The notes under the pieces are model-generated. The model saw nothing but the letters and a program-made list of their open reading frames with translations, made no database searches and was not told the DNA's origin. From positions 7,530 to 71,529 of the forward strand of contig DGEI01000027.1 in NCBI GenBank assembly GCA_002385885.1: a stretch of 64,000 nucleotides of DNA, given 5' to 3'. Source of the DNA: Firmicutes bacterium UBA3930. Lineage in GTDB: Bacteria; Bacillota; Clostridia; Caldicoprobacterales; Caldicoprobacteraceae. The translations under genes were made by a program, and so were the position numbers. Shown here piece after piece: positions 1-9,297 of this stretch; the first letter of the stretch is position 1, and the number at the start of each line of letters is the position of its first letter.

Positions 1-130
1 GAAAAGGACATGATGGAATGAAAAATAATTGATGTATGAAAATTGAAATAAAGACTGTTTACTTGAAGAATGGTGATAACAATTAGAAAAGGGTTTTTAT
101 CAGTTTGGAAACTATTAAAAAGGCTTATTC

Positions 131-403
131 CTAATAGACATCCTCCAAAAAGTTGTTGTCAATAATTTTTGTGATTCCGAACATTGCTTCTACTTCGTCC
201 GGTCCTACAATTTGAATTTTAAATTTACATCCTCTGTTAATCCCCAGCGCCAGGATGGATAGTAAACTTTTCCCGTTTCCTATCTTTCCGTCTTTTATTA
301 TATAAACATCTGATTTGTAACTGTTTGCGACTTTTGTAAATGTAGCAGCGGGACGGGCATGAAGGCCGGCTTCATTGTCAATAATAAAATCTTTTTCAAC
401 CAT
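131..403 (-). CDS. ptsH: HPr-family phosphocarrier protein
   Basis: 90-aa ORF with the His-15 motif GLHARPA and the Ser-46 region GKSLLSILALG. An AAGGAG RBS lies upstream of the ATG. Confidence 0.9.
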   Translation of the reverse strand: MVEKDFIIDNEAGLHARPAATFTKVANSYKSDVYIIKDGKIGNGKSLLSILALGINRGCKFKIQIVGPDEVEAMFGITKIIDNNFLEDVY

Positions 404-527
404 CAGCTTCTCTTCTCCTTGTGTATTTAATTGTTGACAACGGCTATTTTTAAATGCTAAATCATTATTGTCTTATATTTTACTGCATTTTTGTATAAAA
501 TACGACGCTTTATCAATACTTTTTACA

Positions 528-566
528 TTCTAAAACACGCAACCCCTTGATCTGACAAGGGGTTGC
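528..566 (-). terminator. Rho-independent terminator downstream of trpB2-like gene
   Basis: 10-bp stem GCAACCCCTT/AAGGGGTTGC (539-548/557-566) with an 8-nt loop. On the minus strand it is followed by GUGUUUUAG. Confidence 0.65.
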
Positions 567-577
567 GTTTGCAGCAA

Positions 578-1951
578 TTATTCTATTACAGGGAGGCATT
601 TTAAGCCTTCTTTGAGCATTTCATCGGTATACTCTATATCCTCAAGATGATTATTAAAGTAAGCTTCATAGGCTGTGAGATCAAAATGCCCATGCCCGCT
701 TAAGCAAAACAAAATAGCCTTTGCCTCGCCTGATTCCCTGCACCTCACAGCTTCATCAATAGCTGCTTTAATGGCATGTGCCGATTCAGGCGCCGGAAGT
801 ATTCCTTCGGCCCTGGCAAATTTAATGGCGCTTTCAAATACAGCCTTTTGAAAAACAGCCCGGGCTTCAATCAATCCATCATTATATAATTGGCTTACCA
901 GTGCCGAATCGCCGTGATAGCGAAGCCCGCCGGCGTGAATACCCGGTGGGACAAATCCATGCCCCAATGTATACATCGATACGATTGGCGCCATTCTGGC
1001 CGTATCGCCGTAATCATATGCAAAAACACCTTTGGTCAATGTGGGACAGGCTGCCGGTTCTACTGCAATAGCCTGAACTTTTGCCCCGTTTCTTATCTTA
1101 TCCATCAGAAAGGGAAAACTAATGCCGGCAAAATTACTTCCGCCGCCGCAGCACCCGATGATTATATCGGGATACTCATCGATCTTTTCCATTTGAAGTT
1201 TTGCTTCCTGGCCGATTATAGTCTGGTGAAGTATTACATGGTTTAGAACGCTTCCAAGAGCATAGTTGGTATCATCATGGGTGGCTGCGTCTTCAACGGC
1301 TTCGCTTATAGCTATGCCCAGGCTTCCCAATGAATCGGGGTTTTCAGCCAGTGTCCTTCTGCCGGCCTCGGTGTTTTGGCTGGGGCTGGGTATAACGGTA
1401 GCGCCGTAAGTTTCCATCAGCATCTTCCGGTAAGGCTTTTGCTGATAGCTGACCTTAACCATGTACACAGTACATTCCAGATCAAACATGCTTGCTGCAA
1501 TACTTAATGCTGAACCCCACTGTCCGGCTCCGGTCTCGGTTGCCAGTCTTCTTACTCCCGATATCTTGTTATAGTATACCTGGGGGATGGCAGTGTTTAA
1601 TTTATGGCTGCCCGAGGGTGTCACACCTTCATACTTATAATAGATCCTTGCGGGGGTATCCAGTTCCTGCTCCAGGCGGTACGCCCTGCATAGGGGGGAC
1701 GGCCTGAAGGATTTGTACAATTCCTGAACTTCTTCAGGGATATCAATAAATCGTTCTGTAGTGACTTCCTGAAGGATCAAATCTTTAGGAAATATGGATG
1801 AAAGATCGTCAGGTGTAACGGGTTTCTTGGTTGCCGGATTCAATGCCGGCTTTAAAGGTGTGGGCAGATCAGCCTGAATGTTGTACCAACTGGTCGGAAG
1901 CTCCTGTTCAGATAAGTATACTCTGTAGGGAACTCTTCTCTTCTCTCTCAT
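578..1951 (-). CDS. TrpB-like PLP-dependent enzyme (tryptophan synthase beta-like, TrpB2 type), stand-alone
   Basis: N-terminus has [17 protein letters not shown] and the body has GSHKLNTA (PLP lysine) and [11 protein letters not shown]. Start chosen at the second ATG after AGGAG; 1960 is an alternative. The ORF-track start at 2020 has no RBS. No trpA is adjacent. Confidence 0.85.
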   Translation of the reverse strand: MREKRRVPYRVYLSEQELPTSWYNIQADLPTPLKPALNPATKKPVTPDDLSSIFPKDLILQEVTTERFIDIPEEVQELYKSFRPSPLCRAYRLEQELDTPARIYYKYEGVTPSGSHKLNTAIPQVYYNKISGVRRLATETGAGQWGSALSIAASMFDLECTVYMVKVSYQQKPYRKMLMETYGATVIPSPSQNTEAGRRTLAENPDSLGSLGIAISEAVEDAATHDDTNYALGSVLNHVILHQTIIGQEAKLQMEKIDEYPDIIIGCCGGGSNFAGISFPFLMDKIRNGAKVQAIAVEPAACPTLTKGVFAYDYGDTARMAPIVSMYTLGHGFVPPGIHAGGLRYHGDSALVSQLYNDGLIEARAVFQKAVFESAIKFARAEGILPAPESAHAIKAAIDEAVRCRESGEAKAILFCLSGHGHFDLTAYEAYFNNHLEDIEYTDEMLKEGLKCLPVIE

Positions 1952-2377
1952 AATTCTCATCTCTCCTCTTATATAATTTTTATTGTTTACCATTGTACAC
2001 AAAAGAGGAGAAAAAAACAAGTATTATTTTGGCATTGTAAAGTGCAAAAAATGTTCTACCTCAATATAAAAAATGGAAATTATGGAAGCTCGTGCAAAAA
2101 AACTTGTGTAAAGAATTATTATATGATATAATTTTAACAAATAACAATATCAGATCAAACCTTAACAAAAGTCATATTTATAATGAGTTCATGCAAGTCT
2201 TTTGGTTTTTTTATTAGTAAATGATGTTTCATTAAATATAAAATAAATACCGAACTCTGTCCGGGCAAAACGCTGTGGTGTATTATACGGGATATTTATC
2301 CGGTTGTATGCAATTGGAATTGAATTATTAATTTGCTGTTTTCATATTGTTCCATGAAAAAGAGAGTAGGCGAAATA

Positions 2378-4987
2378 ATGGTTAAGGGAATTATCAGGAC
2401 AATTCCTGAGAAATGTGTGCAGTGTTATGCATGCGTACGCAATTGTCCTGTAAAGGCCGTGGCCATCCGGGACGGAAAGGCACAGATAATACAGGAAAGG
2501 TGCATTCACTGTGGGAACTGCGTTGATATTTGTTCCCAAAATGCAAAGGAGGTCTTAAACGGGACAGGCAACACACTGCATTTAATAGAGAAAGGAAATG
2601 CAATAGCCATAGTTGCACCCTCCTTTCCTGCGGCATTTAACGGCAGGGTGGGAAAGTTCCCATGCGCTCTCCGGAAGCTGGGCTTCGTACAGGTATGGGA
2701 AGTAGCGACAGGTGCAGAGCTTGTGGTGGAGGCGTGTAGATCTTTTCAATTTGGGGATCATCCATACATCAGTTCATCCTGTCCGGCAGTTGTTAATCTG
2801 ATAGAAAGGCACTACTCCCAGTTTGTGCCCTATCTCATTCCGGTAGTTTCACCCGCAATTGCAACTGCCAGGTTAATAAGGCATTGTTATCCAAATGACA
2901 GCTTCAATATAGTATTTATTGGGCCATGTATTGCAAAGAAAGGAGAGATCCGTCAATCCTCTGTCAGTGGGGATATTCAGGAAGTCCTTACATATGCAGA
3001 ACTTGACGAACTGCTTAAACTCAAAGGGATTGACTGGAACGGCTTAAATGAGGGATCTTTTGACGGGCCCCGGGCATCCCTTGCATACTCCTTTCCAATA
3101 TCCGGCGGACTTTTAAGGAATTTAAACCGTACCCAGGATATACTTCAGGAGGAATATGCAGTAATTGATGGTATGAAGAACTGGATGGATATTTTAGAGA
3201 TACTTGAACATGAGAAGAACAGGGTACGCCTTATAGACGGATTGTTTTGCAATGGGTGTATTGATGGATTTGGCATGAAGGGAAGGGGGAATATTCTGGC
3301 GAGGAAGTCGTCTCTTCTTCAGTATATACGTTCAATCCCGCTTAAAGAACAGGCTGAAGGGAAGGCATGGCTGCTTAGTGCGGACGTTGACCTGGGCCGC
3401 CGTTTTAAAGAACTGAAGGTAACCCTCCCCCAGCCTGATGAGGGGGACATAATTGAAATACTTCAGAGGACCGGCAAGGCAAAGCCTGAAGATCAGATGA
3501 ACTGCGGAGCATGCGGCTATCCATCATGCAGGGAAAAAGCAATTGCCGTATACCAGGGAATAGCAGAAGTGGAAATGTGCCTTCCTTATCTTTTGACTCA
3601 AAAAAGCCAACTGGTTGAATCCTTGGATAAAGAACTTGAAATGATCCGGGAACTTAAAAAAGAGCTGGATATCCTTATTGATGCTTCCTATGATGGAATA
3701 TGTATGACCGATAACCGTGGGAATATCCAAAGAGTAAACCGTACTTTTGAACAGTTTGTCGGTATTGATGAAGAAAAGCTTATAGGGCTGAATATGTCTT
3801 TCCTGGAAAAGGAGAACTTATTATTCCCTTCGGTTACTATGGCGGTGGTAAGAGCTAAAAAAGCCGTAACCTTTGTTCAAAGCCTGCATACCGGTAAGAA
3901 GATACTAGCCACCGGTAATCCTGTAATGGATGAAGATGGGAACATTGTGAGAATAATTGCCAATCTTCGTGATTTTGATCTGATGCAGAAGATACGGGAA
4001 GAACTGGACAATGTTTACCATCCGTCTGTCATTGAAAAAATTGATAAGGATAATCCAATTATTGCATTGAGCCGGGAATTTACCAGGATTTTGGAGATGG
4101 CTGCACGGGTGGCCGTGGCAGATTCGAATGTACTTATACTGGGTGAATCAGGAGTGGGAAAAGAGGTTATTGCCCGATTTATTCATAAAAACAGTCCAAG
4201 GGCCAATGGCCCGTTCGTAAAGATAAACTGCAGCGCACTACCCGAATCCCTGATAGAATCCGAATTGTTCGGTTATGAAACCGGCGCTTTTACAGGAGCC
4301 AGTCCCAAAGGGAAACCCGGCTTATTTGAAGTTGCCCAGGGTGGAACTCTGCTTTTGGATGAAATGGGTGAACTGCCCCTTTCGCAGCAGGCCAAATTAT
4401 TACAGGTAATTCAGGAAAAGCAGGCATTTCGTATAGGTGGTACCAAACCGCGGAAAATAGATGTTCGTATTCTGGCTGCCACCAACAGGGATTTGGCAGC
4501 TATGGTTAAGGAAGGAAATTTCCGTGCCGATCTGTTCTATAGATTGAATGTTATACCTATCCGTATTCCACCATTGAGAGAACGAAGGGATGATATTATA
4601 CCTCTGATGTACTTTTTCCTGGAACGGTATAACAAGCGTTATAATAAAGAATGCAGAATGTCAAAAGAAGCAAAAGAGGTTTTTATGCAGTACTACTGGC
4701 CGGGGAACGTACGGGAGCTGGAAAATATGGTGGAACGGTTGGTTGTCATAGCACAGAAAAATATAATTGATGTTGATGATTTGCCGCCTGTTATGAAAAA
4801 ACCCTATGAACCCGAAGAAATACTTGTGCTTCGGGAGATACTGCCCCTTAAGCAGGTGCTGGAGGAAGCAGAAAGGCAGCTGCTCATGAAAGCCAGGAGC
4901 GTTTACAACAGCACATATAAGATGGCACAGGCCTTGGGTGTTAACCAATCAACAGTAGTGCGAAAGCTGAAAAAATATTTCGATTAG
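2378..4987 (+). CDS. Sigma-54-dependent transcriptional activator with N-terminal ferredoxin + [FeFe]-hydrogenase-like (HydS-like) sensory domain, Fe-S motif, PAS, AAA+ and HTH
   Basis: Two CxxCxxCxxxCP motifs and degenerate H-cluster motifs SSSCPAV / GPCIAKKGE / FCNGCIDGFG. Also a CGACGYPSC..C motif, Walker A GESGVGKE, GAFTGA (4283-4300) and a C-terminal HTH (QALGVNQSTVVRKLKK). The start (M16 of the ORF-track protein) is uncertain. Confidence 0.85.
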   Translation: MVKGIIRTIPEKCVQCYACVRNCPVKAVAIRDGKAQIIQERCIHCGNCVDICSQNAKEVLNGTGNTLHLIEKGNAIAIVAPSFPAAFNGRVGKFPCALRKLGFVQVWEVATGAELVVEACRSFQFGDHPYISSSCPAVVNLIERHYSQFVPYLIPVVSPAIATARLIRHCYPNDSFNIVFIGPCIAKKGEIRQSSVSGDIQEVLTYAELDELLKLKGIDWNGLNEGSFDGPRASLAYSFPISGGLLRNLNRTQDILQEEYAVIDGMKNWMDILEILEHEKNRVRLIDGLFCNGCIDGFGMKGRGNILARKSSLLQYIRSIPLKEQAEGKAWLLSADVDLGRRFKELKVTLPQPDEGDIIEILQRTGKAKPEDQMNCGACGYPSCREKAIAVYQGIAEVEMCLPYLLTQKSQLVESLDKELEMIRELKKELDILIDASYDGICMTDNRGNIQRVNRTFEQFVGIDEEKLIGLNMSFLEKENLLFPSVTMAVVRAKKAVTFVQSLHTGKKILATGNPVMDEDGNIVRIIANLRDFDLMQKIREELDNVYHPSVIEKIDKDNPIIALSREFTRILEMAARVAVADSNVLILGESGVGKEVIARFIHKNSPRANGPFVKINCSALPESLIESELFGYETGAFTGASPKGKPGLFEVAQGGTLLLDEMGELPLSQQAKLLQVIQEKQAFRIGGTKPRKIDVRILAATNRDLAAMVKEGNFRADLFYRLNVIPIRIPPLRERRDDIIPLMYFFLERYNKRYNKECRMSKEAKEVFMQYYWPGNVRELENMVERLVVIAQKNIIDVDDLPPVMKKPYEPEEILVLREILPLKQVLEEAERQLLMKARSVYNSTYKMAQALGVNQSTVVRKLKKYFD

Positions 4988-5014
4988 AATTCATCCGGTA
5001 GTATAATGCAAAAA

Positions 5015-5058
5015 GGCATAAATGATGCAATTATGCATCATTTATGCCTTTTAATTTT
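5015..5058 (+). terminator. Rho-independent terminator after the sigma-54 activator gene
   Basis: Perfect 15-bp stem GGCATAAATGATGCA/TGCATCATTTATGCC (5015-5029/5034-5048), 4-nt loop, then TTTTAATTTTAT. Confidence 0.85.
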
Positions 5059-5177
5059 ATATGAGGATAGAAGGGTATAATGACCCGGATATGGAATGGT
5101 TTCAGGCCATATAGGCTTTTTTTGCCGGTATGTACTGGCATTTTTATTGAAAAAAGCATTTCTTTCTTTGGTACATA

Positions 5178-5193
5178 ATGCAATTCTGCATCA
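5178..5193 (+). promoter_or_regulatory. Candidate upstream activator site for the sigma-54 activator (ATGCAATTCTGCATCA)
   Basis: This 16-mer matches 15/16 with ATGCAATTATGCATCA at 5025-5040. It lies about 125 nt upstream of the -24/-12 promoter, a typical EBP distance. Confidence 0.35.
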
Positions 5194-5304
5194 AACCACC
5201 GGAAAGGTTATGTCTTTAGGTATGAAGCAGTTTTTTTATAATCCTGTAAACCCCTTGACAGAGCCAAAAAATTACTTATGACATTTTTGTTGTCAAAAAA
5301 AAAT

Positions 5305-5320
5305 TGGCATGGTTTTTGCT
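5305..5320 (+). promoter_or_regulatory. Sigma-54 (-24/-12) promoter of the hydrogenase operon
   Basis: TGGCATGGTTTTTGCT matches TGGCAC-N5-TTGCW with exact GG/GC spacing. It sits 45 nt upstream of the hndA-like ATG and immediately downstream of a sigma-54 activator gene. Confidence 0.8.
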
Positions 5321-5364
5321 GTTATATATTAGTAGAAGAATAAAGGAGGGCAGGTGTATAGCCA

Positions 5365-5871
5365 ATGGAGGTAAGGCAAGTCGATAATCCTGATGTTCAG
5401 AGGCAAAAAGTAGAGGACATTATATCGGCATACAGGGATAAGCCGGGAGCGCTTATACCGGTATTGCACGAAATTCAAAACGCTTTAGGGTATCTGCCTC
5501 GCTGGGTTCAGTACAGGGTATCCAATATCATGAATATTCCTGTCAGTGAAGTAAACAGCATTATAAGTTTTTATGCCTTGTTTTCTGAAAAACCAAAAGG
5601 AGAATATGCGATTGGTGTTTGCAAGGGAACGGCCTGTTATGTGCGTGGTGCGGATAAGATTATTGAAAAACTGGAAGAAGAGCTGGGCATAGAAGCGGGA
5701 GATACCACGCCTGACGGCAAATTTTCAATTGAGGTGATGCGCTGCCTTGGAGCCTGCGGTTTAGGTCCCGTTATGGTAATAAACGATGATATCTACACAA
5801 GAATTAAACCCGACAAGGTAAAGGACATAATAAATGCCATACGGCAGAAGGATGGGAGTGAGACCACATGA
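5365..5871 (+). CDS. NuoE-like [2Fe-2S] subunit of multimeric [FeFe] hydrogenase (HndA/HydC type)
   Basis: Cys motifs CKGTAC and CLGACGLGP. The stop overlaps the next start (ATGA). Confidence 0.9.
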   Translation: MEVRQVDNPDVQRQKVEDIISAYRDKPGALIPVLHEIQNALGYLPRWVQYRVSNIMNIPVSEVNSIISFYALFSEKPKGEYAIGVCKGTACYVRGADKIIEKLEEELGIEAGDTTPDGKFSIEVMRCLGACGLGPVMVINDDIYTRIKPDKVKDIINAIRQKDGSETT

Positions 5872-6239
5872 CATCTATGGAAGTGTATAACAGGCTTAAG
5901 GAAAACGTACTGAAGACGAAACGGGAATATGATGAAGGCTATATAAGCATAGTGATTCAGCTGGGGATATGCAGCCAGGCTGCAGGTGCAGTGGAAGTTG
6001 TAAAGGCTCTGGAAGAGGCCATATTTCATCAGGGTATAAAGAATGTAGTTATAACTAAAACCGGTTGTGCGGGATTTTGTGCCTATGAGCCTGTGGTAAC
6101 GATAAAAAGAAAGGGCTCTAAACCGGTTACCTACTGTCGGGTGACGCCCGACAAAGCCCGGATCCTGGTGTCCGAGTATGCGCTTAAAGGGCGGATCATT
6201 CAATCCTGGACATTGATGGGGAAGGATGTGATGCTGTAA
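5868..6239 (+). CDS. Thioredoxin-like [2Fe-2S] ferredoxin subunit (HndB-like)
   Basis: 123-aa ORF translationally coupled on both sides. It has a GCAGFCAYEP-type motif and the position expected in an hnd-type operon. Confidence 0.75.
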   Translation: MTSMEVYNRLKENVLKTKREYDEGYISIVIQLGICSQAAGAVEVVKALEEAIFHQGIKNVVITKTGCAGFCAYEPVVTIKRKGSKPVTYCRVTPDKARILVSEYALKGRIIQSWTLMGKDVML

Positions 6240-9200
6240 TGGAAATGTACAGAAATCATGTGCTGGTATGCGGAGGTGGCGGTTGTCAATCCTCGGGATG
6301 CCAGATCATCCGTGACAGGCTTATTGAAAGTATTAAGGATAAAGGACTGGAAGAGGAAATTAAAGTAATTGTTACAGGGTGTATGGGACCCTGCTCGCTG
6401 GGCCCTATGATGATAGTGTATCCCGAAGGTGTATTTTACTGTAAGCTGATTCCTGAATATGTGGATGATATAGTTGAAAAGCATCTATATCAGGGGACAC
6501 CGGCAGAGGAATATTTCTACAGGGATCCATATACCGGCGAGGCAATGGCTACTGTTCATGAAATTCCCTTTTTTACAAGGCAGAAAAAAATAGCATTAAG
6601 AAACGTTGGAACGATTGATCCATTAAATATAGATGAGTATATTGCATTCAACGGATATTTTGCTTTGGGAAGGGTGGTTACCCGGTTTACTCCGAAAGAA
6701 ACAATTGAAATTATAAAAAGATCCGGATTGAGAGGAAGAGGCGGAGCGGGTTTTCCCGCAGGGCTTAAATGGGAATTTACTGCTGAGGCTCAGGGAACGC
6801 CCAAATACGTGGTTTGCAACGCGGATGAAGGAGATCCGGGGGCTTTCATGGACAGAAGTATAATAGAGGGAGATCCACATACATTGATCGAGGGTATGGC
6901 CATTGCCGGATATGCTGTTGGTGCAAATCAGGGGTATGTCTATATTCGGGCCGAGTATCCGATGGCAGTGAAGCACCTTGAAAATGCAATAAGGCAGGCA
7001 AGGGAATACGGTTTGCTGGGATCAAATATACTGGGGACCGGGTTTGATTTTGATTTGGAGATCCGGGTAGGAGCAGGAGCATTTGTATGCGGGGAAGAGA
7101 CTGCGCTTCTGGCATCGGTTGAAGGCAAACGGGGTGAACCAAGGCCTAAGCCTCCGTTCCCGGCGCAGCAGGGTTTGTGGGGCAAACCTACACTTCTTAG
7201 CAATGTTGAGACATATGCCAATGTTCCTGCCATCATCCTGGAAGGCCCCGAGTGGTTCAGAAGCATAGGGACCGGGAAGAGCCCCGGAACAAAAGTGTTT
7301 GCCCTGGCAGGCCAGGTTGAGAACACCGGTTTGGTTGAAGTTCCCATGGGGACACCTCTTGGAGACATTATATTTGATATCGGCAGCGGAATTATCGATA
7401 AAAAGGAATTTAAAGGTGCTCAGACCGGCGGTCCTTCAGGGGGATGCATTCCTGCCGGCGGGCTTAACGTACCGGTGGATTACGAATCCCTGAGGGACTG
7501 GGGCACCATAATGGGTTCGGGGGGCCTCATCGTTATGGATGAAAATACCTGTATGGTAGACCTTGCCAAGTTCTTCCTGGAATTCTGTCAGGATGAATCC
7601 TGCGGCAAGTGTACCCCCTGCCGGTTGGGGACAAAAAGAATGCTGGAGATACTTCAGAGAATAAGCGAGGGCAAAGGCCGGGAAGGCGACATTGAAAAGC
7701 TCATTGAACTTGGTGAGGATATTATGGACACCGCACTGTGCGGTTTAGGTCAGACCGCTCCAAACCCGGTGCTTAATACCATCCGGTATTTCAGGCAGGA
7801 GTATGAAGAGCACATTCACCATAAATACTGCAGGGCTTCGGTATGTGCATCGCTTTTTGATGCACCGTGTCAGAATGCCTGTCCTGCAGGAGTAGATGTG
7901 CCTCAGTATATAGAGTATATACAGAGGGGAATGTATATGGAGGCGGTAAACAGTATCCGGGAGATGAATCCGTTTCCATCTGTATGCGGCAGGGTATGTA
8001 CCCATCCATGCGAGGCAAGGTGCAGGAGGGCACAACTGGATGAGCCTTTGGCTATCCGCAGCCTAAAAAGGTTTGCAGCAGATTATGAGCTTGAGCACGC
8101 TGATGCATTTTATTTTGATTTGGAAAGAGAAGGCAAAACTAAAAAGGGTAAGAAGGTGGCAGTTATAGGAGGAGGGCCTGCCGGGCTTACTGCTGCCTAT
8201 TATCTGGCAATATGGGGATATGACGTCACTATATTTGAAGCTTCCCAAAGACTGGGGGGGATGTTGAATTATGCCATTCCTCCGTATCGTCTGCCCAATG
8301 ATGTGCTGCATAAGGAGATCGATATAATACTCAAGTCGGGTGTAAATGTTATTACCGGTATTAAGGTGGGAGCTGACATAAGCCTGGATGTAATAAGAAA
8401 GAGCTTTGATGCCGTGTTTATGGGGATCGGCACTCAGCAGCCGGTAAAGCTTGGGGTTAAAGGTGAAGACGCCGAGGGTGTCATGACTGCGCTGGAATTT
8501 TTACGGATGATAAATGAGGGAAATATGCCAAGCGTCGGGAGGAAAGTTGTTGTTATTGGCGGCGGAAGTACTGCCTTTGATGCCGCGCGATCGGCTTTGA
8601 GACTGGGTGCCGAGGAAGTTGCCATTCTTTACAGAAGGAGCAGGTGGGATATGCCGGCGCTGCCCGAAGAAAAGATACATGCAGCCGAGGAAGGGGTAAA
8701 GATCTATGACTATATTGCACCTTTGGAGATCATAGTGGATCGCCATGGGAGGATGGAAGGGCTGCGCTGTATACGTATGGCAAAGGGTGAATTTGACAGC
8801 AGCGCCAGGCGAAGGCCGGTACCTATAAAGGGTTCGGAATTCAGGATGGATGCTGATACACTGCTTATAGCCATAGGTGCCCAGGGTGAGGTAGAAGGAT
8901 TTGGAGAGATAAAATCTACCAGGTGGAAGACATTTGAAGTCAACCGGGAAACCCTTGAAACTTCTTTAAAAGGTGTGTTTGCCGGTGGAGATTGTGTGCG
9001 TGGGCCTGACACGGTGATACAATCCATAGCCGATGGACGAAAAGCGGCTTTAGCCATTGACCGGTACCTGGGAGGAAACCGGATAGAGGCTGAAAAGGCG
9101 CGCAGAGAAAGGAAGCGGCAGTATTTTGCAACAATTATAGAAAACGAGCAGTCAAGGCTTACAATACCCGTGCTTGAGCCTGAAGAAAGAAAGAGAAATT

Positions 9201-9280
9201 TTGATGAAATAGAACTGCCCTTCGACCACAGAATCTGTCAGCAGGAGGCATTTCGCTGCCTGCGCTGCGATGTGAGATGA
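6239..9280 (+). CDS. NuoF-like flavoprotein subunit (HndC/HydB type) fused to a C-terminal GltD/NfnB-like NAD(P)H-FAD oxidoreductase module
   Basis: N-terminal 2Fe-2S thioredoxin-like fold (VLVCGGGGC, GCMGPC) and NuoF motifs GLRGRGGAGFPAGLKWEF, NADEGDPGAF, ESCGKCTPCR. From about 7825 there are GltD-type Fe-S motifs (CQNACPAG, CGRVCTHPCEARC) and two dinucleotide folds (VAVIGGGPAGLTAA, VVVIGGGSTAFDAA). Confidence 0.9.
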   Translation: MEMYRNHVLVCGGGGCQSSGCQIIRDRLIESIKDKGLEEEIKVIVTGCMGPCSLGPMMIVYPEGVFYCKLIPEYVDDIVEKHLYQGTPAEEYFYRDPYTGEAMATVHEIPFFTRQKKIALRNVGTIDPLNIDEYIAFNGYFALGRVVTRFTPKETIEIIKRSGLRGRGGAGFPAGLKWEFTAEAQGTPKYVVCNADEGDPGAFMDRSIIEGDPHTLIEGMAIAGYAVGANQGYVYIRAEYPMAVKHLENAIRQAREYGLLGSNILGTGFDFDLEIRVGAGAFVCGEETALLASVEGKRGEPRPKPPFPAQQGLWGKPTLLSNVETYANVPAIILEGPEWFRSIGTGKSPGTKVFALAGQVENTGLVEVPMGTPLGDIIFDIGSGIIDKKEFKGAQTGGPSGGCIPAGGLNVPVDYESLRDWGTIMGSGGLIVMDENTCMVDLAKFFLEFCQDESCGKCTPCRLGTKRMLEILQRISEGKGREGDIEKLIELGEDIMDTALCGLGQTAPNPVLNTIRYFRQEYEEHIHHKYCRASVCASLFDAPCQNACPAGVDVPQYIEYIQRGMYMEAVNSIREMNPFPSVCGRVCTHPCEARCRRAQLDEPLAIRSLKRFAADYELEHADAFYFDLEREGKTKKGKKVAVIGGGPAGLTAAYYLAIWGYDVTIFEASQRLGGMLNYAIPPYRLPNDVLHKEIDIILKSGVNVITGIKVGADISLDVIRKSFDAVFMGIGTQQPVKLGVKGEDAEGVMTALEFLRMINEGNMPSVGRKVVVIGGGSTAFDAARSALRLGAEEVAILYRRSRWDMPALPEEKIHAAEEGVKIYDYIAPLEIIVDRHGRMEGLRCIRMAKGEFDSSARRRPVPIKGSEFRMDADTLLIAIGAQGEVEGFGEIKSTRWKTFEVNRETLETSLKGVFAGGDCVRGPDTVIQSIADGRKAALAIDRYLGGNRIEAEKARRERKRQYFATIIENEQSRLTIPVLEPEERKRNFDEIELPFDHRICQQEAFRCLRCDVR

Positions 9281-9297
9281 GAGGGAGGGATTGAATA

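Noticed and set aside
2027-2045. A sigma-54-like sequence TGGCATTGTAAAGTGCA upstream of the activator gene.
   Set aside because: The GG-to-GC spacing is one nucleotide longer than the -24/-12 consensus, and the -12 element reads GTGC rather than TTGC. It also lies about 330 nt from the likely start codon. I treat it as a chance match.
5096-5281. A 61-aa ORF between the activator gene and the sigma-54 promoter.
   Set aside because: It has no RBS and a hydrophobic, junk-like sequence. It lies in the region expected to hold enhancer sites.
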